Source of the DNA: Caulobacter sp.
GTDB lineage: Bacteria > Pseudomonadota > Alphaproteobacteria > Caulobacterales > Caulobacteraceae
Direction: 5' to 3'
Assembly: GCA_030652755.1 (NCBI GenBank)
Contig: JAUSPV010000224.1
Span: forward strand, 14,770-78,769
DNA length: 64,000 bases
This document shows positions 27,871 through 37,973 of the stretch, piece after piece (position 1 is the stretch's first letter; each line of letters begins with the position of its first letter). Below the pieces are notes generated by a model. It did not search any database. It was given only the letters and a program-made list of their open reading frames with translations, and was not told where the DNA came from. Both the position numbers and the translations under genes were made by a program.

Positions 27871-28913
27871 CCGATCCAGCGCCGCTCTGCGCGGGGCGAC
27901 AGGCGGGTCAGCAGCTCATAGGACGTCGTGCCCGCCGCCGCCGCCGCCTCGTCGACCAGCCGGTTGGCGCCCAGGATCTCGACCATCGCGCCGGGCCGGG
28001 CGGCGATGCAGCCGGTCACATCGACGGCGATCATGTCCATGGAGACGCGGCCCAGCATCCGGCGCAAGGCGCCGTCGAACCAGACCGCGCCGGCGGGATG
28101 GCTGCCGCGCGGCACGCCGTCGGCATAGCCGGCCGCCACGATCGCCACCCGCGTCGGCCCGTTGGCCTGGAAGGCGCCGCCATAGCCGATGGTCTCGCCG
28201 GCCGCCACGTCGCGGATCTGAAGGATCGGGGCCTCCAGCGTCGCCACCGGCGCGATGCGGTCGTCGGCGACGTCGCGCGGGCCGCCGCCGAACAGGCTGA
28301 CGCCGGGCCGCACCTGGTCGAAGGCGTAGTCGGGTCCCAGAAAGATGCCGCCCGAGGAGGCCAGGCCGGCCCGCGCGGTCGGGAACAGCTCACGCGCCTC
28401 GCGGAAGACGGCCAGCTGCCGGCCGTTCATCGGATGCTCCGGCAGCTGGCCGCAGGCCAGGTGGCTGATGACCAACTCGACGCCGCCCCAGCCCGCCAGC
28501 CCCCGCGCCTCGGCCAGGGTGACGCCCAGCCGGTTCATGCCGGTATCGACGTGCAGGGTGACCGGCCGTCCGCGCCCCTCGGTCCGCCAGCGGCCGGCCT
28601 GCTCCAGGCTGTTGACCACCGGCGTCAGGTCGGCCGCCAGCAGCCGCGCGACCGAGCCGGCCGTCGGGCCGTCCAGAACCTGGATCACCGGTCCGCCGCC
28701 CAGCGCCGCGCGCAGCGCCTCGCCCTCGGCCAGCCGGGCCACGTAGAAGGTCCGGGCGCCCTCGGCCAGCAGCCGGCGCGACACCTCCAGGGCGCCAAGG
28801 CCGTAGCCGTCCGCCTTCACCGCCGGCGCCGCCTCCACGCCGGCCGTGTCGCGCAGGAACCGGAAGTTCCGCGCCAGGGCGTCGAGGTCGATGGTCAGCA
28901 GGGCCGCGGTCAT
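27867..28913 (-). CDS. alr: Alanine racemase
   Basis: [24 protein letters not shown] and GRVSMD motifs. Confidence 0.96.
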   Translation of the reverse strand: MTAALLTIDLDALARNFRFLRDTAGVEAAPAVKADGYGLGALEVSRRLLAEGARTFYVARLAEGEALRAALGGGPVIQVLDGPTAGSVARLLAADLTPVVNSLEQAGRWRTEGRGRPVTLHVDTGMNRLGVTLAEARGLAGWGGVELVISHLACGQLPEHPMNGRQLAVFREARELFPTARAGLASSGGIFLGPDYAFDQVRPGVSLFGGGPRDVADDRIAPVATLEAPILQIRDVAAGETIGYGGAFQANGPTRVAIVAAGYADGVPRGSHPAGAVWFDGALRRMLGRVSMDMIAVDVTGCIAARPGAMVEILGANRLVDEAAAAAGTTSYELLTRLSPRAERRWIG

Positions 28914-28982
28914 GCCGCCCGGCTAAGGGCAGGGCGGGGCAGGGTCAAGCATGGGGAGGTGCGAGGGGTATAGCCGGGGGCT

Positions 28983-30473
28983 CTACCGCACGTCGAAGCG
29001 GCCCTCCCGGGCGAGGTTGCCGAACTTGGTGGTGTCGGAGTGGAAGTGCAGCTTCACGGTGCCGATGGGGCCGTGGCGCTGCTTGCCGATGATCACCTCG
29101 GCGAGGTTGGCGATCTTGTCCATCTCCTCCTGCCAGGTCATGTGCTCGGGCGTGCCCTCGCGCGGCTCGGTGCGGCCCAGGTAGTAGGCCTCGCGATAGA
29201 CGAACATGACGGCGTCGGCGTCCTGCTCGATCGAGCCCGATTCCCGCAGGTCGGAGAGCTGGGGCTTCTTGTCCTCGCGGTTCTCGACCTGGCGACTGAG
29301 CTGCGACAGCGCCAGAACCGGCACGTTCAGCTCTTTGGCCAGGGCCTTGAGACCGCCGGTGATGGCGGACACTTCCTGCACGCGGTTGGAATCGCGGCCG
29401 CCGTTGTCGGTGGTGACCAGCTGCAGGTAGTCGATGACGATCAGGTCCAGGCCGACCGAGCGCTTCAGGCGGCGGGCCCGTGCGGTCAGCTTGGCGATGG
29501 ACAGGCCGCCGGTGGCGTCGACATAGAGCGGCGCTTCCTGGATCTCGATAGCCGCGTCGCGCAGCCGGCCGAACTCGCTGGCGTCGATCTCGCCCTTGCG
29601 CAGCTTGTCGCCTGACACGCCCGAGGCGTCGGCCAGGATCCGCATGGCCAGCTGCTCGGCGCTCATTTCGAGCGAGAAGAAGGCCACGACCCCGCCGCTG
29701 GCGGTCTTGCGCGAGCCGTCCGGCTGCGGCTCCCAGGCGTAGCTGCGGGCGACGTTGAAGGCGATGTTGGTGGCCAGCGCCGTCTTGCCCATCGAGGGGC
29801 GGCCGGCGAGGATCAGCAGGTCCGACGGGTGCAGGCCGCCCAGCTGGCGGTCCAGGTCCATCAGGCCGGTGGACAGACCGGCCAGCCCGCCGTCACGACT
29901 GTAGGCCTCGGCCGCCATCTGCACCGCGCCGGTGAGGGCGCTGGAGAAGGGGATGAAGCCGCCCGACGACGTTCCGCTCTCGGCCAGGCCGTACAGCTTC
30001 TGCTCGGCCTGTTCGATCTGGTCGCGGGCGGTGATGTCGGGGTCGGCGGCCTGGGCCTCGACCATGATCTCGCCGCCGATGCGGATGAGGTCGCGGCGCA
30101 GGGCCAGGTCATAGATGGCCCGACCGTAGTCGGCGGCGTTGGCGGCCGGCGGCGCGCGCTCGAACAGGTCGGCCAGGTAGCGGATGCCGCCCAGCTCCTC
30201 GAACGCGGCGTCCTTCTTGAACTCCTCGGCCAGCAGGATCGGCTCGGCCAGCTGGCCCTTGCGAATGTGCGACTCGATGGCGCTGTAGAGCCGCTGGTGG
30301 AAGGGCTCGTAGAAGTGCCGGCCGCTCAGCTGGTCGCTCAGCCGCTCATAGGCGGCGTTGTCGTACATCAGGATGCCCAGCAGCGCCTGCTCGGCCTCGA
30401 TGTTCGAGGGCGCAGCGTGGATCTGCGGATCAGCGTCGACGGGACGCAGGTCGAGGGCGGGGACGATGGCCAT
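28983..30473 (-). CDS. dnaB: Replicative DNA helicase
   Basis: EAEQALLG, GRPSMGKT, DYLQL and LSDLRESGSIEQDAD motifs. Confidence 0.98.
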   Translation of the reverse strand: MAIVPALDLRPVDADPQIHAAPSNIEAEQALLGILMYDNAAYERLSDQLSGRHFYEPFHQRLYSAIESHIRKGQLAEPILLAEEFKKDAAFEELGGIRYLADLFERAPPAANAADYGRAIYDLALRRDLIRIGGEIMVEAQAADPDITARDQIEQAEQKLYGLAESGTSSGGFIPFSSALTGAVQMAAEAYSRDGGLAGLSTGLMDLDRQLGGLHPSDLLILAGRPSMGKTALATNIAFNVARSYAWEPQPDGSRKTASGGVVAFFSLEMSAEQLAMRILADASGVSGDKLRKGEIDASEFGRLRDAAIEIQEAPLYVDATGGLSIAKLTARARRLKRSVGLDLIVIDYLQLVTTDNGGRDSNRVQEVSAITGGLKALAKELNVPVLALSQLSRQVENREDKKPQLSDLRESGSIEQDADAVMFVYREAYYLGRTEPREGTPEHMTWQEEMDKIANLAEVIIGKQRHGPIGTVKLHFHSDTTKFGNLAREGRFDVR

Positions 30474-30606
30474 TTACCTAGATTAACGCGACGGCTGTCG
30501 GCTGACTGCGACCGTATGGCCGCAGGTCCGATTCAGTTGTGGAGTTCCATGTATGTTCGAGCCGGGCGTCACAGGTCGCAAGGCGTGAGCCCGGGAGCCC
30601 TGCACG

Positions 30607-30637
30607 AAAAAGGGCGGCCCGGATGTCCAGGCCGCCC
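30607..30637 (-). terminator. Intrinsic terminator after rplI
   Basis: 8-bp GC stem GGGCGGCC/GGCCGCCC followed by TTTTT on the minus strand. Confidence 0.8.
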
Positions 30638-30662
30638 GATCTCATTCAGCAGAGAGACGAGC

Positions 30663-31247
30663 CTAGTACTCGTCGCCCAGACCGTCCTGCTTGCCGGCGC
30701 CGCCTTCGAGCATGTCGGCCGCCGCTTCCGCCGCGAGGGCCGCATCTTCGTCGAACTGCGAGGTGATGACGTTTTCACCGCGCGCCTGGCGCTCGGCTTC
30801 GTCCTGGCTGCGGGCGATGTTGATGCTCACCGTGACGACGACCTCCGAGTGGAGCTTCACCTTCACGTCGTGCACGCCGAGGGTCTTGATCGGCTTGTCG
30901 AGGACGACCATCGAGCGATCGACCTTGCCGCCGGCGCCGTTGATGATGTCGGCGACGTCACGACCCGCGACCGAGCCGTACAGTTGCCCGCTTTCGCCGG
31001 CCTGACGGATCAGGATGTAGGCGGTTCCGTCCAGCGATTCCCCGGCGGTCGCCGCGGCTTCCTTGGCCTTGGCGTTGCGAGCTTCGATCTCGGCGCGCTG
31101 GGCGTCGAAGACCTTCAGGTTCGCGGCCGTGGCGCGGAGCGCCTTGGAGCGGGGCAGGAGGTAGTTGCGGGCGAAGCCGTCCTTGACGGTGACGACATCG
31201 CCAAGGGCGCCGCGGCCCTCGACGCGTTCGAGCAGAATGACTTTCAT
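30663..31247 (-). CDS. rplI: 50S ribosomal protein L9
   Basis: MKVILLERV, VKDGFARNYLLP and LYGSV motifs. Confidence 0.98.
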   Translation of the reverse strand: MKVILLERVEGRGALGDVVTVKDGFARNYLLPRSKALRATAANLKVFDAQRAEIEARNAKAKEAAATAGESLDGTAYILIRQAGESGQLYGSVAGRDVADIINGAGGKVDRSMVVLDKPIKTLGVHDVKVKLHSEVVVTVSINIARSQDEAERQARGENVITSQFDEDAALAAEAAADMLEGGAGKQDGLGDEY

Positions 31248-31257
31248 GGTCGTTCTC

Positions 31258-31533
31258 CTACTTCACGACGTAGGGCAGCAGGGCCAGGAAGCGGGCGCGC
31301 TTGATGGCCTTGGCCAGTTCGCGTTGCTTCTTGGCCGAGACCGCGGTGATGCGCGACGGCACGATCTTGCCGCGTTCGGAGACGTAGCGCTGCAGCAGCT
31401 TCACGTCCTTGTAGTCGATCTTCGGGGCGTTGGCGCCGGAGAACGGGCAGACCTTGCGGCGACGGTAGAACGGGCGGCGGGCGCCGCTCGCGGCCGGGGC
31501 CGAGGCTGCTTCGGGAGCGGTGGTGTCGGTCAT
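31258..31533 (-). CDS. rpsR: 30S ribosomal protein S18
   Basis: IDYKDVKLL and [13 protein letters not shown] motifs. Confidence 0.98.
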   Translation of the reverse strand: MTDTTAPEAASAPAASGARRPFYRRRKVCPFSGANAPKIDYKDVKLLQRYVSERGKIVPSRITAVSAKKQRELAKAIKRARFLALLPYVVK

Positions 31534-31547
31534 GATCCTTGTCTCCC

Positions 31548-31946
31548 TTAAGCCGCGAAGTCTTCGCGGGGCCGGTCGGGCCGGTCGGGCCGCTCGGGAC
31601 GATCCGAACGCTCGCGGTCACGATCACGACGGGCCAGAACCGGGGACAGCTCGAGGTCGAGCTCTTCCATGCGGATGGTCATGTAGCGCAGCACGTCTTC
31701 GTTGATCGACAGCTGGCGCTCCATTTCCTTGACGGCGTCCGACGGAGCGTCGATCGCCAGCAGGGAGTAGTGACCCTTGCGGTTCTTCTTGATGCGGTAG
31801 GTGAGGTTGCGGAGGCCCCAATACTCGATCTTGGCGATGTGACCGCCCAGACCTTCGATGATTGCCTTCATTTCCTCGTTGAGGGCTTCGGCCTGCTGCG
31901 GCGAGATATCCTGCCGCGCGATGACCACGTGCTCGTAGAGCGCCAT
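31548..31946 (-). CDS. rpsF: 30S ribosomal protein S6
   Basis: MALYEHV and [20 protein letters not shown] motifs. Confidence 0.98.
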   Translation of the reverse strand: MALYEHVVIARQDISPQQAEALNEEMKAIIEGLGGHIAKIEYWGLRNLTYRIKKNRKGHYSLLAIDAPSDAVKEMERQLSINEDVLRYMTIRMEELDLELSPVLARRDRDRERSDRPERPDRPDRPREDFAA

Positions 31947-32090
31947 AGGTTTCCTTCTTCCGGCTTGGAAGGCGGCGCGGCCAGGGAGGGAAGAGTCCCC
32001 GGTCACGATGGCTCTGGTCGCGGCGGACGGGAGTTTCCCGACCCTTTCAAGGCTCCGCGACAGACCGCCTTCCGTGAAGAGGCGCGCTAG
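31947..32090 (-). promoter_or_regulatory. Structured rpsF 5' leader, candidate S6:S18 autoregulatory element
   Basis: Minus-strand GTCGCGG/CCGCGAC stem and CCTTC/GAAGG pairing over the SD region. Confidence 0.35.
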
Positions 32091-32144
32091 TACGCGAGAA
32101 CCGGCGGAAAGGCAAGCACGGGAGGCGGTTGCTCGAGGCCGCGC

Positions 32145-32684
32145 CTACTTCGCCTGCGCCATCTTCCACGCCTTCACCGCCGCCTTGGTGCGGGTGATGT
32201 GCTCGATCGGGTTGGTCAGGTTTGAATAGGCGAACAGCACCTTGCCGTCGGGGGCGATGACGTAGCTGGTCCGGCCCGACAGATCGGGCTTGATCGCCAG
32301 GGTGGCGTCGAAGGCCTTGATGGTGTCCTTCGAGACCGCCGCCACAGCGAACTGGTCGCGGCATTCGCTCTTCGAGAACTCCGCCAGCCGCTCGGTGTTG
32401 CCGGCCGTGACGCCGATCACCGTGGCGCCCATGGCCTTGAATTCCGGCGAGGCGAGCGCGAACTCGCGCGCCTCGATGGTGCAGCCGTCGGTGAAGGCGG
32501 CCGGGAAGAAGTAGAGCACCACCGGCCCCTTCCTCAGCGCCTCCGACAGTCTGAAGGGCACTGGCTTGCCGTCCAGGTAGGCGGTGCTGGCGAAGTCCGG
32601 CGCCCTGGCGCCCGGCTGCAGGGCCGCGAAAGCGGGGGCGGCGAGGGCGGCGCTGAGCGCGATGGCGACGAGCAGGCGTTTCAT
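32145..32684 (-). CDS. Exported peroxiredoxin (BCP/PrxQ-like)
   Basis: Signal peptide; YFFPAAFTDGCTIEA peroxidatic motif. Confidence 0.88.
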   Translation of the reverse strand: MKRLLVAIALSAALAAPAFAALQPGARAPDFASTAYLDGKPVPFRLSEALRKGPVVLYFFPAAFTDGCTIEAREFALASPEFKAMGATVIGVTAGNTERLAEFSKSECRDQFAVAAVSKDTIKAFDATLAIKPDLSGRTSYVIAPDGKVLFAYSNLTNPIEHITRTKAAVKAWKMAQAK

Positions 32685-32739
32685 GTCGGGTCTCCCGGTT
32701 GCCGGGATAGTTAGCCCGTCCGGCCGCCGGGTCCAGCGG

Positions 32740-33687
32740 TCAGGGCGCGCGGACCGGCGTCTCTCCGTCCCATGTCCACCGCACGTGAGCGCACGGCTTC
32801 TCTTCCCGGAAGGCGCAATCGGCGACGCCCTCGACGGTCATGAAGGTCGGCGTCGGCGCCAGGTCGATGCCCCAGTTGGCCTCCGGCGCCTCGAACGCCA
32901 CCTCGAAGTCGCCGCCCTTGCTCACCAGGATCACCGTCGGGACCGGGGGACTGTTCTTCCCCGTCTCGGCCATCTCGCAATAGTCGTAGTAGGTCCCCAC
33001 GACCCAGTCGCGGACGCCGTCGTTGTTCAGGTCGGGCAGATCGTTGAACGCGCTGTCCTCGCCCTCCGGCGCCGTGCCGCCCGCCGCGGCGCAGAAGGCG
33101 GCGCGACGCGCGAGTTGGGCGCGCACCGCCGGCGGCGCCGCCGACAGCGGCGTGGCGACCAGGGGGGAGGGGCCGCCTTCCAGCCAGGTTCCGCGCTTGG
33201 CGTTCGGACGCTCGATGAACCGGCCCAGGGCCTCGTTCCAGGCGTAGCCGCGCGGACAGTCCTCGACGCCCGCCTTGCCGCAGGTGCTGCCATGGAAGTC
33301 CAGGTCCAGCAGGCGCTGGCCCTCGGCCTTGCGAAGCTTGAACTGGCGGATCACCCGGTCAAAGGCCAGCACATAGCCGCCGTCGCGGGAGACGTAGACC
33401 TGCCGTCGGCAGCCGCCGGCGCCGCAGAAGAGGGAGGGGTTCTGGGCGGCTTCGTAGTCGACCATCCAGTCCGCGACGCCGTCGCCGTTGACGTCGACCT
33501 TCGAGAACAGTGCGGACGGCATACGGATCTTGAAGCCGTCTGGCTCGTCCGGATCGACCATGGCCTGGTGGGCGTCGGTGTAGAAGGCCTCGACCGGCTT
33601 GCGGACGGCCTCCGGCAGGGCCGCCGCCGCCGCGATCGCGCAGGCGGACACGGCCGCCGCGACCAGACCCATGATAATGCGCTTCAC
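32740..33687 (-). CDS. Secreted hypothetical protein with two homologous Cys-containing domains
   Basis: Signal peptide; DVNGDGVADW and DLNNDGVRDW repeats. Confidence 0.7.
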   Translation of the reverse strand: MKRIIMGLVAAAVSACAIAAAAALPEAVRKPVEAFYTDAHQAMVDPDEPDGFKIRMPSALFSKVDVNGDGVADWMVDYEAAQNPSLFCGAGGCRRQVYVSRDGGYVLAFDRVIRQFKLRKAEGQRLLDLDFHGSTCGKAGVEDCPRGYAWNEALGRFIERPNAKRGTWLEGGPSPLVATPLSAAPPAVRAQLARRAAFCAAAGGTAPEGEDSAFNDLPDLNNDGVRDWVVGTYYDYCEMAETGKNSPPVPTVILVSKGGDFEVAFEAPEANWGIDLAPTPTFMTVEGVADCAFREEKPCAHVRWTWDGETPVRAP

Positions 33688-33795
33688 GAAGACACCCGTC
33701 GTTGCGGGCCGCACCGGCCCGGACGTCGACGTCCCTACGCCGACGGTCGAACCCTGAACGCCTTCAACGACCGCCTCGCCCCCCAATGAGGGGGC

Positions 33796-34872
33796 TCAGA
33801 TCGACGGATCGACCAGAATCTTCACGTTGCTCTCGGGATTGCCGAGATCGACGAAGGCCTGCGCCACGCCGTCCAGGCCCACCGTGCCGGTGACCATGGG
33901 TTCGAGGTTGATCTTGCCCTCGGCGATGTTGTGCAGCGTCTGGGCGAACTCGTCGGGCTGGTAGCCGAGCACGAACCGCAGATCGAGCTGCTTGTTGATG
34001 GCCAGAGAGGGCTCGATCTTGTCGGGCTCCATGCAGACGCCGGCGACGATGATCTGCGCCTTCGTCGGGCAGCCCTCGATCACGCTCTGCAGCACGCCGG
34101 GCGCGCCGACACACTCGAACACGACGGGCCGGCCGGACTGGGCGCCGGAGAACAGCGCCGCGCGCATGGCCTCGCTGGTCATCGGCACGCCGAAGTCAGC
34201 CCATTTGCTGTGCGGGCCGGTCTCCTTGGGATCGATAACGACGTCGGCGCCCATGGCCTCGGCGGCGGCGCGGCGGCGGGGTGAGAAGTCGGCGGCGATG
34301 ACCGGGCCGTGGCCGCGCACCTTCAGGGCCGCGATCACCGCCAGGCCGACGGGGCCGCAGCCGATCACCAGGGCGACCGAGTCCTTGTCCAGCGCCGCGC
34401 TGGCCACGGCGTGCTCGCCCACCGCCATTGGCTCGGTGAGCGCCGCATGCTCCGTGGAGAGGCCGTTGGGGACCTCCAGCAGCAGCATCTCGGTGAGGAT
34501 CATCCGTTCGGCGAAGCCGCCGGGATAGAGGTTCGAATAGCCGACCGCGTCGAAACGGGTCGGGCTCATGTTCACCGGCATCGAGACCACCCGTGTGCCG
34601 GGCTTCAGCCGCGTCGCGCCCGGGCCGCCCTCCAGAACCTCGGCGCAGAACTCATGGCCGAACACGATGTCCGCCGCCGGATCGAGGTCGCCGCCGCCGC
34701 CGCCCGAGCGCCGGCCCATCTCGACCATGTGGTCCAGGTGGTGCAGCGCGTGCAGGTCGGAGCCACAGATGCCGCACAGAAGCGTCTTGACCCGGACCTG
34801 GCCGGGTCCCGGATCCAGCTCGTCGATGTCATCGCAGATCAGCTTGCCAGCCCGACGCACGACCGCCCGCAT
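33796..34872 (-). CDS. Zinc-binding (MDR) dehydrogenase
   Basis: GICGSDLH, GHEF, TEP and GCGPVG motifs; no structural-Zn cysteine cluster. Confidence 0.92.
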   Translation of the reverse strand: MRAVVRRAGKLICDDIDELDPGPGQVRVKTLLCGICGSDLHALHHLDHMVEMGRRSGGGGGDLDPAADIVFGHEFCAEVLEGGPGATRLKPGTRVVSMPVNMSPTRFDAVGYSNLYPGGFAERMILTEMLLLEVPNGLSTEHAALTEPMAVGEHAVASAALDKDSVALVIGCGPVGLAVIAALKVRGHGPVIAADFSPRRRAAAEAMGADVVIDPKETGPHSKWADFGVPMTSEAMRAALFSGAQSGRPVVFECVGAPGVLQSVIEGCPTKAQIIVAGVCMEPDKIEPSLAINKQLDLRFVLGYQPDEFAQTLHNIAEGKINLEPMVTGTVGLDGVAQAFVDLGNPESNVKILVDPSI

Positions 34873-34944
34873 CGTAGTCCTCCCTTATCGTTGGCGGCAG
34901 GCTAGGCGATGACGCGGGGGCAACGCCAGAGGCGAACTGGGGCG

Positions 34945-35574
34945 TCAGGCGACGACGGCGGGAATGTCCAGAACCGTCTCGAGAACGTGGGTCGGACCAT
35001 AGGCTTTCAGCGCCTCGGCATTGGTGTAGCCCCAGCAGACGGCCCCGGTGGCCATGCCGATCTCGCGCGCCGCGTCGATGTCGCGTGTCTCGTCGCCGAT
35101 GCTGAGGGCCTCTGCGGGCTTGGTGCTCATCGCGGCGAGGACCTTCCTGAACTTCGTGGCCTTGCCGAACACCGACGCTCCGCAGCTGAACCGCGAGACC
35201 AGGGCGCAGAGCTCCGGCCCCAGCACGATGCGGATGTTTTCCTCGGAGTTGGAGCTGACGATGGCGATCTTCGCGCCCGACTCGTGAACGGCCTTCAGCA
35301 TCTCGGGCACGCCGTCGAACAGGCGGATGTTTCCGGCGTCGGCCTTCATCATCTTCTGGAAGTGTGCGGCCAGCATCGGCAGCTTCAGCACCGAGACCTT
35401 CTGGAGCTTCATCAACTCGCGCGCGCTCTTGCGGCGCAGGTTGTCGAGGTCGCCGCGGTCGATCGGCAGATAGCCGAAACGACTGGCCATGGCGTCGGAC
35501 GCGTCGAGGAACCAGCCCATCGTGTCACCGAGGGTTCCGTCGAAATCGAAGATGATCAGCTTGTAGGCGGGCAA
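34945..35574 (-). CDS. HAD-superfamily hydrolase (phosphoglycolate phosphatase-like)
   Basis: FDFDGT, VSSN and IGDETRD motifs. Start uncertain (TTG 35574 or ATG 35604). Confidence 0.88.
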   Translation of the reverse strand: MPAYKLIIFDFDGTLGDTMGWFLDASDAMASRFGYLPIDRGDLDNLRRKSARELMKLQKVSVLKLPMLAAHFQKMMKADAGNIRLFDGVPEMLKAVHESGAKIAIVSSNSEENIRIVLGPELCALVSRFSCGASVFGKATKFRKVLAAMSTKPAEALSIGDETRDIDAAREIGMATGAVCWGYTNAEALKAYGPTHVLETVLDIPAVVA

Positions 35575-35679
35575 GATTTCATCCTGACACGGATTCAGCG
35601 GCAAATCGCGAAACTTGCCCGCTGTTACCCTTTCCCCTAACCGTGCGCGCCGGATTCGTCACTTTCCGAGAGGGTTTCC

Positions 35680-36624
35680 ATGAGCCTCGCGTTCATTTTT
35701 CCCGGCCAGGGCAGCCAGGCCGTCGGCATGGGCGCCGAGCTGGCCGAGGCGTTCGCCAGCGCCCGCGAGGTGTTTCAGGAGGTCGATGACGCCCTGGGGC
35801 AGAAGCTGTTCAAGCTGATGAAGGAAGGCCCCGAAGCCGACCTGACCCTGACCGAGAACGCCCAGCCGGCCCTGATGGCGGTCAGCCTGGCGGTGTCGCG
35901 CACCCTGGAAAAGGAGTTCGGCGTCGCCATCGAGAGGGCCGCCTTCGTCGCCGGCCACTCGCTGGGTGAATACGCCGCCCTGGCCGCCGCCGGCGCGATC
36001 AGCCTGTCCGACACCGCCCGACTGCTGAAGCTGCGCGGACAGGCGATGCAGCGCGCCGTGCCGGTCGGCGCCGGCGCCATGGCCTCGCTGATCGGGCCCA
36101 AGACCGACGTCGCCCTGGCCGAGGCCGCCGCCGCGGCGGGCGCTGAAGTCGGCGTCTGCGTCGTGGCCAACGACAACAACAACGGCAACGTGGTGATCTC
36201 CGGCGACCGGGCCGGCGTCGACCGCGCCATCGAGAAGGCCAAGGAACTGGGCGCGCGCGCCATTCCGCTGAACGTGTCGGCCCCCTTCCACTGCCCGCTG
36301 ATGCAACCGGCGGCCGACGAGATGGCCGAGGCCCTGGGAAAGGCGACGATCATCGCCCCGCGCGCGCCGCTGGTCGCCAACGTCACCGCCCGCCCGACCT
36401 TGGACCCCGAGGCCATCCGCCGAATGCTGGTCGAACAGGTCACCGGCCGCGTGCGCTGGCGCGAGAGCATGGAGTGGATGGCCGGTGCGGGCGGCGTCAC
36501 CCGCTTCGCCGAGGCCGGATCGGGCAAGGTGCTGTCGGGCATGGCCAAGCGCATCGCCCCGGATGCGGAGGCGACCCCGCTGAACACGCCCGCCGATCTG
36601 GAAGCGTTCGCCGCGTCGCTGTGA
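35680..36624 (+). CDS. fabD: Malonyl-CoA:ACP transacylase
   Basis: FPGQGSQ, GHSLGE and SAPFH motifs. Confidence 0.97.
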   Translation: MSLAFIFPGQGSQAVGMGAELAEAFASAREVFQEVDDALGQKLFKLMKEGPEADLTLTENAQPALMAVSLAVSRTLEKEFGVAIERAAFVAGHSLGEYAALAAAGAISLSDTARLLKLRGQAMQRAVPVGAGAMASLIGPKTDVALAEAAAAAGAEVGVCVVANDNNNGNVVISGDRAGVDRAIEKAKELGARAIPLNVSAPFHCPLMQPAADEMAEALGKATIIAPRAPLVANVTARPTLDPEAIRRMLVEQVTGRVRWRESMEWMAGAGGVTRFAEAGSGKVLSGMAKRIAPDAEATPLNTPADLEAFAASL

Positions 36625-36630
36625 GTTCAT

Positions 36631-36740
36631 TGCGTCCTTCGACACGCGCCTTGCGGCGCTGCTCAGGATGACGTGCACTACGGGCCATCAACAGAATACG
36701 TCATCCTGAGCAGGCCCGAAGGGCCGTGTCGAAGGACGCA
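36631..36740. repeat. REP-like palindromic element, family 1, copy A
   Basis: Perfect 16-bp terminal IR TGCGTCCTTCGACACG and perfect inner IR GCTCAGGATGACGT. Confidence 0.85.
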
Positions 36741-36758
36741 CCAAGGGAAATGCCAGAC

Positions 36759-37499
36759 ATGTTCGACCTCACCGGCAAGACCGCCCTCGTCACCGGCGCC
36801 ACGGGCGGCATCGGCGGCGCCATCGCCCGCTCGCTGCACCAGCGGGGCGCGCACGTCGTGCTCTCTGGGACGCGCGAGGAGGCCCTGAAGGTCCTGGCCG
36901 GCGAGCTGGGCGCCCGGGTCTCGATCGCGTCGGCCAACCTCTCTGATTCGGCCAGCGTCGACGGCCTGGTCGCCAAGGCCGAGGAAGCCGCCGGCGCGCC
37001 GCTGGACATCCTGGTCGCCAACGCCGGCATCACCCGCGACGGGCTGATGCTGCGGATGAAGGACGACGACTGGGAGCAGGTCATCAAGGTGAACCTCGAA
37101 TCCTACTTCCGACTCTCCCGCGCCGCCCTGAAGGGCATGATGAAGCGCCGCTGGGGCCGGATCATCGGAATCACCTCGGTCGTCGGCGTGACCGGAAACC
37201 CCGGCCAGGCCAACTACGCCGCCTCCAAGGCCGGCATGATCGGCTTCTCCAAGGCGCTGGCCCAGGAAGTGGCGTCTCGTAACGTGACGGTGAACACCGT
37301 TGCGCCGGGCTTCATCGCCAGCCCGATGACCGACGGCCTCAACGACACGCAACGTGAGGCAATCCTTGGGAAAATCCCCTCCGGCCGCCTGGGTTCGGGC
37401 GAAGACGTCGCGGCGGCCTGCGTCTATCTGGCCAGCGAGGAGGGGGCCTACGTCACCGGTCAGACCTTGCACGTCAACGGCGGCATGGCGATGATCTAG
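36759..37499 (+). CDS. fabG: 3-oxoacyl-ACP reductase
   Basis: TGATGGIG, NAGITRD and NYAASK motifs. Confidence 0.97.
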   Translation: MFDLTGKTALVTGATGGIGGAIARSLHQRGAHVVLSGTREEALKVLAGELGARVSIASANLSDSASVDGLVAKAEEAAGAPLDILVANAGITRDGLMLRMKDDDWEQVIKVNLESYFRLSRAALKGMMKRRWGRIIGITSVVGVTGNPGQANYAASKAGMIGFSKALAQEVASRNVTVNTVAPGFIASPMTDGLNDTQREAILGKIPSGRLGSGEDVAAACVYLASEEGAYVTGQTLHVNGGMAMI

Positions 37500-37624
37500 A
37501 GGAAGCCTTCCTGTTCGTCGGCTGGCCGCTGGCCACCCCGAAAGGAACATGGTAGGCGGAGCGCGATTTCCGGTGTCCAGCCTTGGCTGGCGCGGCCACG
37601 ACAATACCAAAGAGGACCTACAGA

Positions 37625-37864
37625 ATGTCCGACATTCTCGAGCGTGTGCGTAAGATCGTCATCGAGCATCTCGATGCCGATCCCGAAAAGGTCACCGAGA
37701 AGGCCAGCTTCATCGATGACCTGGGCGCTGACAGCCTCGACAACGTCGAGCTGGTCATGGCCTTCGAAGAGGAATTCGACATCGAGATTCCCGACGACGC
37801 CGCCGAACATATCCAGACGGTCGGCGACGCCGTGAAGTTCATCACGGAGAAGGTGGGCGGTTGA
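37625..37864 (+). CDS. acpP: Acyl carrier protein
   Basis: DLGADSLD phosphopantetheine site; [10 protein letters not shown]. Confidence 0.98.
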   Translation: MSDILERVRKIVIEHLDADPEKVTEKASFIDDLGADSLDNVELVMAFEEEFDIEIPDDAAEHIQTVGDAVKFITEKVGG

Positions 37865-37891
37865 TCCGTCGACCCTAGTCCGTACGATCAG

Positions 37892-37935
37892 CCGCCGCGC
37901 TACCGGGAAACCGGTATGCGCGGCGGTCTTCGTTT
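37892..37935 (+). terminator. Terminator/attenuator hairpin between acpP and fabF
   Basis: CCGCCGCGC-TACCGG-GAAA-CCGGTA-T-GCGCGGCGG stem followed by TCTTCGTTT. Confidence 0.7.
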
Positions 37936-37973
37936 GAGCGGTCCGTAGTTTCGGACCCGGGAGGAGTAGATCC

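Noticed and set aside
30470-30490. CtrA box at the dnaB start
   Set aside because: Only one TTAA half-site; the partner position reads ATTT.
31560-31630. Tandem CCGGTCGGG repeats
   Set aside because: They encode the low-complexity DRP/ERP tail of S6; not a separate element.
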